Source: Planctomycetota bacterium (GTDB lineage: Bacteria; Planctomycetota; Planctomycetia; Pirellulales; Thermoguttaceae). From it: a stretch of DNA of 64,000 nt. Within the stretch, counting starts at the first letter, position 1; each line of letters opens with the position of its first letter. A program made the translations under genes and the position numbers. Below, in pieces: positions 50,401-57,978 of the stretch. Below the pieces are notes generated by a model. The model did no database searches. It had not been told where the DNA came from and was given only the letters and a program-made list of their open reading frames with translations. The stretch covers positions 11,165 through 75,164 of the forward strand of contig JAUWNG010000001.1 of the NCBI GenBank assembly GCA_030612765.1. The letters run 5' to 3'.

Positions 50401-51482
50401 GACGTGGCCGTCCCATTGGCCGTGGCGTAGCTGACGCTCGCACCCTGCGTGTTCGTCCCCGACATGCTTACCGTAAAGGTAAAGCTCTTCGTCCCGCTGT
50501 TCCCCTCCGTCAAACTCACGTCGTTGATCGACAGACTTGGCAACGGTTGAACGTCGTTGAAGTTGACAACGCCCAAATTCTGTCCCGAAATGAAATCGAC
50601 CTCAACGTTTTCGTTGCCAACGCTTGCCGTTGCAGTGGCGGTTCCGCTGAATCCGCTTCCCGATGCTGTCACGTAGTAGGTGCTGGGGGAGACTTTCAAG
50701 GTCCAGCCGCCGGCCGCATTGGTAGTTGTGCTCATACCGTTGCAAATGACACTTATGCCGGAAAGACCTTCGTTCAGGTCGTATCGGCGGTTGCCGTTCA
50801 GGTCGTCGTAGACAACCCCAGTAATGAACCGATCGTCTATCGACGCTCGCGTAGCGTGGATGGCCCAATAGTTCCTGTAATATGAGGAACTGCTGTACGC
50901 GTAGCCGACACCGATTTCGCGATTCTCCGAATGGAATTCGGAGATTCCGAGCAAGTGGTTGCGATGACCGGGAGGATTGATGCCCTCGTCAATGATCAGT
51001 ACTTTCAATGCGTCGGGCGCGGTAGCGCGACTGCCCCCGGCCACTAGTGATTCCACGGAGTTCCTATCGTTGGGAAAATAGGACGGAAGTGGATACCCTT
51101 GATCGCGCACCATCTTATTTGGCCAGTCCCCCGTTACTTGGCTCTGATGCGCAAAGTAGTTGTAAGTCGCCATCTCCTGCGCATGGAACTCTGATGACGC
51201 GAACAACTTGTCGTTGACAGCCAGAGGCCCTCGGGGAGTGACGTATGACAGATCGACGGGGAGATTCTGCTCTTGTTGGTACGCGACCGGATCGTGCCGA
51301 GTTCGGTTCAATAGGTAGACAAACAGTTGTTCTTCGGCACCTACCGACAGTAGTCGCCGATCTTCGAGCATCTCAAGAAGAAGTCGGCGGTGGTAGACGT
51401 TGCGCTGAGCGAGGTGGTTACGCGAGTTCGACAGACCGCGATGGTTGCGGCGGCTACGTGATTTCACAGCGGCATTGAACAT
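47457..51482 (-). CDS. Giant secreted protein: CAP/SCP domain, CarboxypepD_reg-like domain, 4 Calx-beta, 4 Ig-like repeats, C-terminal HEXXH module
   Basis: N-terminal RRLLLEMLEDRRLLSVG. CAP-like YNYFAHQS...GHRNHLLG. Calx-beta units (SYATANGTATSSSDYVAANGTLTWAAGDTSAKTISVTVNGDT). Four units of about 100 aa. C-terminal VMHEFGHTLGYDH. Confidence 0.85.
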   Translation of the reverse strand: MFNAAVKSRSRRNHRGLSNSRNHLAQRNVYHRRLLLEMLEDRRLLSVGAEEQLFVYLLNRTRHDPVAYQQEQNLPVDLSYVTPRGPLAVNDKLFASSEFHAQEMATYNYFAHQSQVTGDWPNKMVRDQGYPLPSYFPNDRNSVESLVAGGSRATAPDALKVLIIDEGINPPGHRNHLLGISEFHSENREIGVGYAYSSSSYYRNYWAIHATRASIDDRFITGVVYDDLNGNRRYDLNEGLSGISVICNGMSTTTNAAGGWTLKVSPSTYYVTASGSGFSGTATATASVGNENVEVDFISGQNLGVVNFNDVQPLPSLSINDVSLTEGNSGTKSFTFTVSMSGTNTQGASVSYATANGTATSSSDYVAANGTLTWAAGDTSAKTISVTVNGDTSVEPNEAFYVHLSSPNNATLSDNQGVGTIQNDDSLPLPSLAINNVTQTEGNAGTKTFSFTVSMSGTNTQGASVSYATVNGTATSSSDYVAANGTLTWAAGDTSAKTISVTVNGDTTVEADETFYVNLSSPSNATVSDNQGMGTIQNDDISLAIAATDATKAEGNSGTTPFTFTVSRTGLTTGTTTVNYAVTASGTNPANTADFGGTLPSGQVSFAAGETSKVLSINVSGDLVVEPDEGFMVTLSGASGNAQITTPTMTGTIQNDDVALPALSINNVTLSEGDSGTKSFTFTVSMSGTNSQGASVSYATANGTATAGSDYVATSGTLTWVAGDVSSKTISITVNGDTTVEPDETFYVNLSNHGGASVAKGQGVGVIQNDDIGPTISSVLVVEQAGPRNGTLTTSESLLMTFNAEDADGVASTTVQVDGQNVTPVYGPYAAASGVNFGVPLGMLSAGAHNYSIVATDNVGNPTSPAYTGTFDVLPTTGPTISHVVVAEAGTAKNGTLESSDKLVITWSATSDDGIASKSLTVDGRTVSTIYGPYGVNYAGVFGPLAAGVHDYTIEATDFNGVRSEYSGTFNVLPTTGPTISHVVVAEARMGSDLDGIKETSDKLVITWSATSDDGNSSRVWRRPQSLTVDGQNVTAIYGPYGVNYAGVFGPLAAGVHDYTIKVTDANGIASTHSGTFNVIAAASVAPRIGNVVVAETANLARDGLLNTEETLVLTWTLTDADGIASKSLAVDGNTVATIYGPYGNAYAGLLGQLPQGTHVYQIQATDTTGQTSTLTGTFSVAAALTLETSTAPAGSAAVLTDAELASITAEAAHRLEAVLGSRVSTALSGVSIQVADLPGNLLGATTDGTILIDRDAAGYGWFVDPTPGDDEEFILDDLGSLVARQNTAADGRADLLTTVMHEFGHTLGYDHADEGLMDDLLPLGTRRTDATDEVFAGYGE
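47960..49165 (-). repeat. Four tandem Ig-like coding repeats (about 300-321 nt) in the giant gene
   Basis: GATCGTGTAGTCGTGGACTCCGGC..GGTCCGAATACGCCGGCGTAGTTGACGCCGTA at 48300 and 48621. Confidence 0.9.
49170..50545 (-). repeat. Four tandem Calx-beta coding repeats (345-nt period), two nearly identical at the DNA level
   Basis: The stretch from 49971 repeats at 50316 with more than 100 nt of almost perfect identity. Confidence 0.9.
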
Positions 51483-51823
51483 GAGGAGATTTTTCCCGAA
51501 CGGACTGGGTTATGAACGAGAACGGAGCAGAAACGGAACAGAGACGAACAAAACGGGGACAGACGCCTCGCTACGATCTTTTTCTCCAGCCAACCGAACG
51601 GAACTCCGCTCGGAGCCAGTCCCCGCAAAAGTTGTTGTTGAGTGTTGGAACGTTTTAATCATCTTAATCATCACAGATGCAACCCCGTCGAAGTAACGCC
51701 ATTTTGTGGGTGGCGGCAACTACTTGTCAACCATTTTTTCGCCTATTTCCCCTAGAATCCTGAAAATCGGCTCTGTAGAGGGGGAAAAGCGGCAGGAATT
51801 TGGCACAGAAGAGGGGGGTGGGG

Positions 51824-51858
51824 AGTAGTGGATAGTGGGTAGTGGATAGTGGGTAGTG
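51824..51858 (+). repeat. Family G heptamer array
   Basis: AGTAGTGGATAGTGGGTAGTGGATAGTGGGTAGTG. Confidence 0.9.
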
Positions 51859-51909
51859 AAGAAGGCGGAAGGAAGAAGGGTGGAGGGCGGAGGGCGAGGG
51901 CTGGCCGCT

Positions 51910-54174
51910 TCAGCGGCCAGTTGGCGATTTGGCCGGGCGTTTTTTTTGCTTTGGTCGTCCGTGGGTTTTCTTGGTCGTCGGATAGTTCGGATTGTCGGCC
52001 TTCCCGGTCAATTCGTAGAGGAAGCGGCTGCAATTCGTGGGCCGAGCCTTGCCCCATTTCCGACGGTTCAGCGCCAAGGTCAGCGTCAACCGGCGTTGGG
52101 CGCGGGTCACGCCCACGTAGCACAAACGCCGCTCCTCGTCGATCGCCGCGCCGTCGTTTGCCGGAAAAGGGGACAGGTCCAATTTGCCGGAACGGCCCTT
52201 CGGGTGCTGCGCACAAATTGGACCTGTCCCCTTTTCCGACTTCAGGGACCGATGGTGCGGCAACGTGCCCTCTTCCATGCCGACCATGTACACTTCCCAA
52301 AACTCCAATCCCTTGGCCGCGTGGAGGGTCATCAGTGCCACGGCGTTCCGCTGCAACTTCGATTCCTTGTCCCGGTCGGCTTCGTTGCCGGTCAGCGCCA
52401 CCTCCTGCAAAAAAGCGGCCAGGGTCGAAAAAGGGGACAGGTCCAATTTGCCGGAACGGCCCTTCGGGTGCTGCGCATAAATTGGACCTGTCCCCTTTTT
52501 CGACCCCGCACAAATTGGACCTGTCCCCTTTTCCGACCCGGCCACGGCGTTGACCAACTCTTCGACCGACGCCCAGCGGGCATCCCGATCGTTCACGTTC
52601 GGGTACAATCGGACTAGTTCTTCTTTGTAGGCGATTTCCGTCAGCAACGTCTTGACTACTTTGGACAGCTTCGGGAAAGGGGTCGTTAAAGGGGACAGGT
52701 CCAATTTGTGCGCAGCACCCTGCGGGCCGTTCCGGCAAATTGGACCTGTCCCCTTTTCCGGGTCCTTTTCCGGGTCCATCCACCGTCGAAAGCGTTCGAT
52801 CAGCGAGTGGAAGCGTTCGACCGCCAGTTTTGCGGCGTCCGAGAGTCCGTTCTGTTTGCCCGCTCGGGGTAGAATCTTCCACAGCGGCTTGCCGCTCTGG
52901 ATCGCCTCTTCCATCAGCCGCTTTACGGTGGTCTGTCCGATTCCGCGTGGCGGTGTGTTGATGATCCGCAACAGCGACGACTCGTCGGCCGGATTGGCCA
53001 GCACTTTCAGATAGGCCAACACGTCGCGGACTTCCTTGCGGTCGTAGAAGGACATCCCGCCCATGAGGATATAAGGTATATTTGCCCGGCGAAGCTCCAT
53101 CTCGAAGGCCCTCGGCTGCTCGTTGGTCCGGCAGAGGATGGCGAAGTCCTTGGGTTTGCGTTTCTTTTCGGCAATTCGATGCGCGATCTCGCCGACGACG
53201 GTTCGAGCCTCGGTTATCTCGTCCTCCAGTTGCAGGATTCGAGGCGGTTCGCCGCGGCAAGTCGCCCGCAGAACCTTCGTGTGCCGGAGTTTATTGAAGG
53301 CGATCAGGCGGTTCGCCCAGGCGAGAATTTCGCGCGTCGAGCGGTAGTTGACCTCGAGCCGGACGACCTTTGCCTCGGGCCAGTCGGTTTTGAATCGCAG
53401 GATGTGGGCCACTTCGGCGCCCCGCCAGCCGTAGATCGACTGGTCGTCGTCGCCGACGACGCACAGATTTCGGTGCCCGGCCGCCAAGGCCTTGACGATC
53501 CGATACTGACTGGCGTTGGTGTCCTGATACTCGTCCACCAGCAGGTGGTCGAACCGTCCGGCCTCCGCGCGGCGAGCGTCGGTGTGCTTCGCAAAAAGCT
53601 CCTCGGTGCAAAGCAGCAGGTCGTCGAAGTCCAACGCACCGGCGGCCTTCAGCGCGTTTTGATAGCGGCGGTATGCGACCGAAGCCAGATGCTCCTTGTC
53701 GGTTTGCGCCGATGCGGCCGCCTGCTCGGGCCGGACCGAGGCCGATTTCCACCGACCGATGAAATAGAGCAAGTCGCCGGGTCGTAACATTCCTTGAGCC
53801 ACCTTGATCTCGCGCAAAGCGGCTCGGGCCACGCCCTCCTGGTCGCCCCGATCATAGATGGCGAAGTTTTCCGGATATCCCAACCGTCGGATATTGCGGC
53901 GGAGAATGCGGACGCAGAGCGAGTGGAAGGTCGAGATTTCCGGCCGCTGCTTGAGTCTCTTTCCCAACAAGGCGGCTGCCCGCTCTTGCATTTCGGCGGC
54001 GGCTTTGTTGGTGAAGGTGACGGCCAGTATCCGAGCGGGCGGGACGCGGCTGCGGATCAGTTCGGCGATGCGGTATGTCACCACGCGGGTCTTTCCCGTG
54101 CCCGCGCCGGCCAAAACCAACATTGGCCCGGAGAGCGTATGGACGGCGTCATATTGGGCGGGGTTCAAGTCCAT
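51910..54174 (-). CDS. uvrD: UvrD/PcrA/Rep-family DNA helicase carrying in-frame repeat insertions
   Basis: LAGAGTGKT, LLVDEYQDTN, VGDDDQSIYGWRGA, LMTLHAAKGLEF, YVGVTRA. 754 aa, intact ORF through elements B1-B3. Confidence 0.9.
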   Translation of the reverse strand: MDLNPAQYDAVHTLSGPMLVLAGAGTGKTRVVTYRIAELIRSRVPPARILAVTFTNKAAAEMQERAAALLGKRLKQRPEISTFHSLCVRILRRNIRRLGYPENFAIYDRGDQEGVARAALREIKVAQGMLRPGDLLYFIGRWKSASVRPEQAAASAQTDKEHLASVAYRRYQNALKAAGALDFDDLLLCTEELFAKHTDARRAEAGRFDHLLVDEYQDTNASQYRIVKALAAGHRNLCVVGDDDQSIYGWRGAEVAHILRFKTDWPEAKVVRLEVNYRSTREILAWANRLIAFNKLRHTKVLRATCRGEPPRILQLEDEITEARTVVGEIAHRIAEKKRKPKDFAILCRTNEQPRAFEMELRRANIPYILMGGMSFYDRKEVRDVLAYLKVLANPADESSLLRIINTPPRGIGQTTVKRLMEEAIQSGKPLWKILPRAGKQNGLSDAAKLAVERFHSLIERFRRWMDPEKDPEKGTGPICRNGPQGAAHKLDLSPLTTPFPKLSKVVKTLLTEIAYKEELVRLYPNVNDRDARWASVEELVNAVAGSEKGTGPICAGSKKGTGPIYAQHPKGRSGKLDLSPFSTLAAFLQEVALTGNEADRDKESKLQRNAVALMTLHAAKGLEFWEVYMVGMEEGTLPHHRSLKSEKGTGPICAQHPKGRSGKLDLSPFPANDGAAIDEERRLCYVGVTRAQRRLTLTLALNRRKWGKARPTNCSRFLYELTGKADNPNYPTTKKTHGRPKQKKRPAKSPTGR
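52165..52235. repeat. Family B palindrome copy B1 (in-frame in the helicase gene)
   Basis: AAAAGGGGACAGGTCCAATTTGCCGGAACGGCCCTTCGGGTGCTGCGCACAAATTGGACCTGTCCCCTTTT. Read as EKGTGPICAQHPKGRSGKLDLSPF. Confidence 0.95.
52428..52532. repeat. Family B copy B2 plus an extra right half-copy (in-frame in the helicase gene)
   Basis: Full copy 52428-52500, then GCACAAATTGGACCTGTCCCCTTTT (52508-52532). Read as EKGTGPICAGSKKGTGPIYAQHPKGRSGKLDLSPF. Confidence 0.95.
52688..52757. repeat. Family B copy B3 (opposite orientation; in-frame in the helicase gene)
   Basis: Same arms, with the central spacer reverse-complemented relative to B1/B2. Read as EKGTGPICRNGPQGAAHKLDLSPL. Followed by a small tandem duplication (DPEKDPEK). 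Confidence 0.95.
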
Positions 54175-54225
54175 TTAACGGGGTGCTTCTCGCCGTCGAT
54201 TGTCGGGGATGGGGAACAGTGGAAT

Positions 54226-54240
54226 GTTTAGCAGCCGCCG
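54226..54240. repeat. Family D truncated head
   Basis: GTTTAGCAGCCGCCG only. Confidence 0.5.
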
Positions 54241-54383
54241 AATGAAATCCTCTCACCGATGGTAAGCCGAGGGCTTCGTTGCGGGAAGGGGTCGCGCGCT
54301 TGCAATTCATGGGTGCCCGATACATACTAAATGTTTACTGGCAAGAGCGTTATTGTCGGTGCAATCTTCCCGTGCCACCCCCC

Positions 54384-56495
54384 ATGAAGCGTGGTGCCGC
54401 AATGAAATTCTCAAAACTCCCAACTCAACTCCTCGTTGTGACGGTCGTTCTGGCGCTGGGGTTGTGTTCCGGTCAAACCCTCGGTCGGCAGACCGTCCTG
54501 GCCCAAGACAAGGCCGTCATCGAAGCGCCGAAGGACCTTGCCGGATACAAGGCCATGGAAACGCGGGTCAAGGCGGTGGTGGCAAAGGTCTTGCCGGCGG
54601 TGGTGGGTATCCGGGTCGGCGGCGCCGCGGGCAGCGGTGTCATCGTCAGCGAGGACGGAATAGTGATGACTGCCGGACACGTGGTCCGTAAACCCGGACA
54701 AAAGGTCACTTTCATCTTTCACGACGGCAAAACCGCCAAGGGAAAAACACTCGGCATGTCAATGCCGACCGACGTCGGGCTAATGAAGATCACCGACCCC
54801 GGCAAGTGGCCCTTCGCGCCGCAAGGAGATTCCGACACCGTGAAACCGGGCGCGTGGTGCGTGGCCTTCGGCCATCCGCTGGGGTATCGGCCCGGACGGC
54901 CGCCGGTGGTCCGCGTCGGCCGCGTGTTGGAAATTACCGAACGCGTCATCCGCACCGACTGCCCGCTGGTCGGCGGCGACTCGGGCGGGCCGTTGTTCGA
55001 TCTGGACGGAAAAATTATCGGCATCAACAGCCGCATTGCCGGGCCGGCCGACGTGAATCTTCACGCCCCGATCAATCTCTTCCACAAGTGCTGGGACCGG
55101 TTGCTGAAAGGCGACGCCTGGAAGACCGACCTGCCGAGCCGCGATGACGCGGACGTGAAAAAACCCTTCCGCCAGATAGTTAAGGCCGCAAACAAGTGCG
55201 TGGTGCGGATCAAGTGCGACGGCAAGGACGCGGCCCTGGGAACGATCGTCGGCCCCGATGGCTGGGTGTTGACCAAGGCCAGCGAGTTGAAGGGCAAGGT
55301 CGTCTGCCGGCTCAGCGACGGCCGCGATCTGGAGGCCCGCATCGTCGGCACCCACCCGCGGTTCGATCTGGCGATGTTGAAGATCGACGCGCTCGATCTG
55401 CCGATAATCCCTTGGAAGACCGGCAAGATGGAAGTGGGGCAATGGCTGATCTCGGCGGGGATGGGCGACGATCCGTTGGCCGTGGGGGTGATTAGCGTTC
55501 CCCGCCGCGCGATCCCGCCCGTCGGTGGTCTGATGGGCATCCAACTCGGCGACAAGGACGGAGCGGCGCTGATCGTTAAGGTCCTTCCCAAAAGCCCGGC
55601 GAAAAAAGCGGGCCTAAAACCCAACGACGTCATCACGCACGTAAACGAAAAAGCCGCCGCCAACAGCGCCGAAGTAGGCAATCTCGTGCGGCGGCACCGG
55701 CCCGGTATAACCGTCGAACTGACCGTCAAACGCGACGGAAAGATACTGAAGATTCCCGTCAAACTGGGGAAACTTTTCACCCCTGCGCTGAAGAAACAGC
55801 AGATAATGAACAGAATGGGCGTGGGCGTCAGCAAGCGGTCCGACAATTTTCCCGCCGTCTTGCAACACGACACCGTGATAAAGCCCGTCGATTGCGGCGG
55901 CCCCGTGATCGACCTTAGCGGAAGAGTGATCGGAGTGAACATCGCGCACGCCGGCCGGACGGAGACGTACTGTCTACCGACCGACGTGTTGATCGCGCCG
56001 ATGTATGAAATGATGTCCGGCCGTCTCTCGCCAGCTTTGCTAAAAGCAGCAAAAAAGGCCGCCGTCGAGAAGAAGGCCGCTGAGGAAAAAGCTGCTGCCG
56101 AAAAGAAGGCGGCCGAGGAAAAGGCCGCTGCCGAAAAGAAGGCGGCCGAGGAAAAGGCCGCTGCCGAAAAGAAGGCGGCCGAGGAAAAGACCGCTGCCGA
56201 GAAGAAGGCCGCTGAGGAAAAGAACGCCGCCGAGGAAAAAGCTGCCGCCGAGGAAAAGGCCGCTGCCGAGAAGAAGGCCGCTGCCGAAAAGAAGGCCGCC
56301 CAAGAGAAGGCTGCTGAGGAAAAGAAGGCCGCCGAGGAAAAAGCCGCCGCCGAGAAGAAGGCCGCCGAGGAGAAGAAGGCCGAGGATAAACCTGCCCCAA
56401 AACAGAAACCGGAAGAAAAGGAATCCAACGGCAATAGTAGTCCGTCTCCAAGCCGTCAGGAAGGCATACTTGTGCAATCCATTTCGGCGAAATGA
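54384..56495 (+). CDS. HtrA/DegP-like trypsin-fold serine protease with PDZ domains and a Lys/Ala/Glu-rich tail
   Basis: TAGHVV, DVGLMKI, GGDSGGPLF catalytic triad. PDZ-like segments. Signal peptide after M at 54384 or 54402. Confidence 0.85.
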   Translation: MKRGAAMKFSKLPTQLLVVTVVLALGLCSGQTLGRQTVLAQDKAVIEAPKDLAGYKAMETRVKAVVAKVLPAVVGIRVGGAAGSGVIVSEDGIVMTAGHVVRKPGQKVTFIFHDGKTAKGKTLGMSMPTDVGLMKITDPGKWPFAPQGDSDTVKPGAWCVAFGHPLGYRPGRPPVVRVGRVLEITERVIRTDCPLVGGDSGGPLFDLDGKIIGINSRIAGPADVNLHAPINLFHKCWDRLLKGDAWKTDLPSRDDADVKKPFRQIVKAANKCVVRIKCDGKDAALGTIVGPDGWVLTKASELKGKVVCRLSDGRDLEARIVGTHPRFDLAMLKIDALDLPIIPWKTGKMEVGQWLISAGMGDDPLAVGVISVPRRAIPPVGGLMGIQLGDKDGAALIVKVLPKSPAKKAGLKPNDVITHVNEKAAANSAEVGNLVRRHRPGITVELTVKRDGKILKIPVKLGKLFTPALKKQQIMNRMGVGVSKRSDNFPAVLQHDTVIKPVDCGGPVIDLSGRVIGVNIAHAGRTETYCLPTDVLIAPMYEMMSGRLSPALLKAAKKAAVEKKAAEEKAAAEKKAAEEKAAAEKKAAEEKAAAEKKAAEEKTAAEKKAAEEKNAAEEKAAAEEKAAAEKKAAAEKKAAQEKAAEEKKAAEEKAAAEKKAAEEKKAEDKPAPKQKPEEKESNGNSSPSPSRQEGILVQSISAK
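56040..56400 (+). repeat. 33-nt (11-codon) tandem repeat array encoding AEKKAAEEKAA
   Basis: GCCGAAAAGAAGGCGGCCGAGGAAAAGGCCGCT units repeated about 9-10 times with drift. Confidence 0.9.
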
Positions 56496-56589
56496 ATTGC
56501 ACGACGGGCGGCAAGGATGAGCTTATGGTCTTTAGTGGCCGTCTACGGGGCCACAGTTCATTACACTCCAGAGGCAATGGAGAAGACCA

Positions 56590-57849
56590 ATGCACGGTTG
56601 CCGAATAAACAGACGTAATTTTCTGAAGCGGACGGCAACAGCCGCGGCCGCGCCATACGTCATCACTTCGGCCGCGCTGGGCAATGCCGACACGCCGCCC
56701 GCCAGCGAGCGGGTCGCATTGGGGCACATCGGCGTCGGCAATCAAGGCGGCAGTCTGCTCCGCGGCTTCCAGCGGTGCAAGGGAACGCAAAGCGTCGCCG
56801 TCGCCGACGCCTACCGGGACCGCCGCGAAGCCTACGCACGATTGATCAAAGGCGCCGCATACGGCGACTTCCGGGAGTTGCTGGCCCGCGACGACATCGA
56901 CGCGGTCGTCGTTGCCACGCCGGACCATTGGCACGTGCCGATGGCCATTGCCGCCGCCCGGGCGAAAAAAGACGCCTACGTGGAAAAGCCGCTGGGCGTG
57001 AGCATTGAGCAGGATCTCGCGTGCCTGAAGGTGTTCACGGAGAACGCTCGCGTTTTTCAGTACGGCACCCAGCAGCGCAGCTTCTCACAGCACTGCCGTT
57101 TCGGCTGCGAGTTGGTCCGTAGCGGACGGATCGGCAAGGTGCATACCATTGAGGTCGTAGCGCCCAACGGTGGCGCGGGCGGTTCGACGCAAGTGGTCCC
57201 GATCCCGCCCAATCTGGATTACGAGATGTGGTGTGGCCCGGCGCCGGTCAAGCCCTACACGGCCGACCGTTGCCACCCGCCGGGAACCTATTGGATCTAC
57301 GACTACGCCATCGGTTATCTCGGCGGTTGGGGCGCCCATCCGCTGGACATCATGGTGTGGGGCAGCGACGCCGACATCGCCGGCCCGATCGCGGTCGAAG
57401 GGACGGGCGCGATCCCGACCGAGGGCCTTTACGATACCGTTTACAACTGGGACATGAAGCTTCAGTTGGGCGACGGCGTGAAGATGACCTTCAAGCCCGG
57501 CGGCGATTCCACGAAATTCATCGGTCCTGACGGTTGGGTGCGCGTCTGGCGCAACGGCATCGACGCCGAACCGAAGTCGCTGCTCGGCTCGAAGATCGGC
57601 CCCAACGACGTACACCTGATCGAGAGCCGGAACCATCGTCAGAACTTTATCGACTCGGTCCGGTCGCGCAAGCCGACGGTCAGCCCGCTGGACCATGCCG
57701 TTCGCAGCGACACGATCAGCCTGCTGTGCGACATTGCCGTCCGCACCAAGCGGCGCATCGTCTGGGATCCCAAGCGGGCGACCATCGTGGGCGACGCCGA
57801 AGCGGCCAAGATGATGCACCGCGAAATGCGGCCGCCTTGGACGATATGA
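56590..57849 (+). CDS. Gfo/Idh/MocA-family oxidoreductase with a Tat signal
   Basis: RRNFLKRTATAAAAP twin-arginine signal. VALGHIGVGNQG Rossmann motif. EKPL motif. Confidence 0.9.
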   Translation: MHGCRINRRNFLKRTATAAAAPYVITSAALGNADTPPASERVALGHIGVGNQGGSLLRGFQRCKGTQSVAVADAYRDRREAYARLIKGAAYGDFRELLARDDIDAVVVATPDHWHVPMAIAAARAKKDAYVEKPLGVSIEQDLACLKVFTENARVFQYGTQQRSFSQHCRFGCELVRSGRIGKVHTIEVVAPNGGAGGSTQVVPIPPNLDYEMWCGPAPVKPYTADRCHPPGTYWIYDYAIGYLGGWGAHPLDIMVWGSDADIAGPIAVEGTGAIPTEGLYDTVYNWDMKLQLGDGVKMTFKPGGDSTKFIGPDGWVRVWRNGIDAEPKSLLGSKIGPNDVHLIESRNHRQNFIDSVRSRKPTVSPLDHAVRSDTISLLCDIAVRTKRRIVWDPKRATIVGDAEAAKMMHREMRPPWTI

Positions 57850-57881
57850 GGGGAGAGAGGAGAGAGGAGAGGGATTGAGAG

Positions 57882-57957
57882 AACGCCCCGCGCCTGCGGG
57901 CGCGGGGGGGGAACGCGGGCTTTTAACCTACCCCCCCCCCCGCCGGCGCGGGGCGTT
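57882..57957. repeat. Palindrome containing G8 and C11 homopolymer tracts, just upstream of the LRR gene
   Basis: AACGCCCCGCGCC...GGCGCGGGGCGTT arms. G8 at 57904-57911 and C11 at 57931-57941. Confidence 0.9.
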
Positions 57958-57978
57958 TAATGCAATACTATCACTTTG

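Noticed and set aside
52165-52757. Possible CRISPR-like array (repeated about 70-nt units within 600 bp); likewise the family A, D and E copies
   Set aside because: Spacing is irregular (263, 80 and 180 nt), the units are long nested palindromes, they lie inside an intact helicase ORF, and no cas genes are present. These are dispersed REP/MITE-like elements, not CRISPR repeats.
51752-53260. 502-aa minus-strand ORF and several 70-250-aa ORFs overlapping the helicase gene
   Set aside because: These are alternative frames of the UvrD/PcrA gene, kept open by GC richness and by the stop-free palindromic inserts. They have no motifs and an Arg/Gly/Pro-rich composition.
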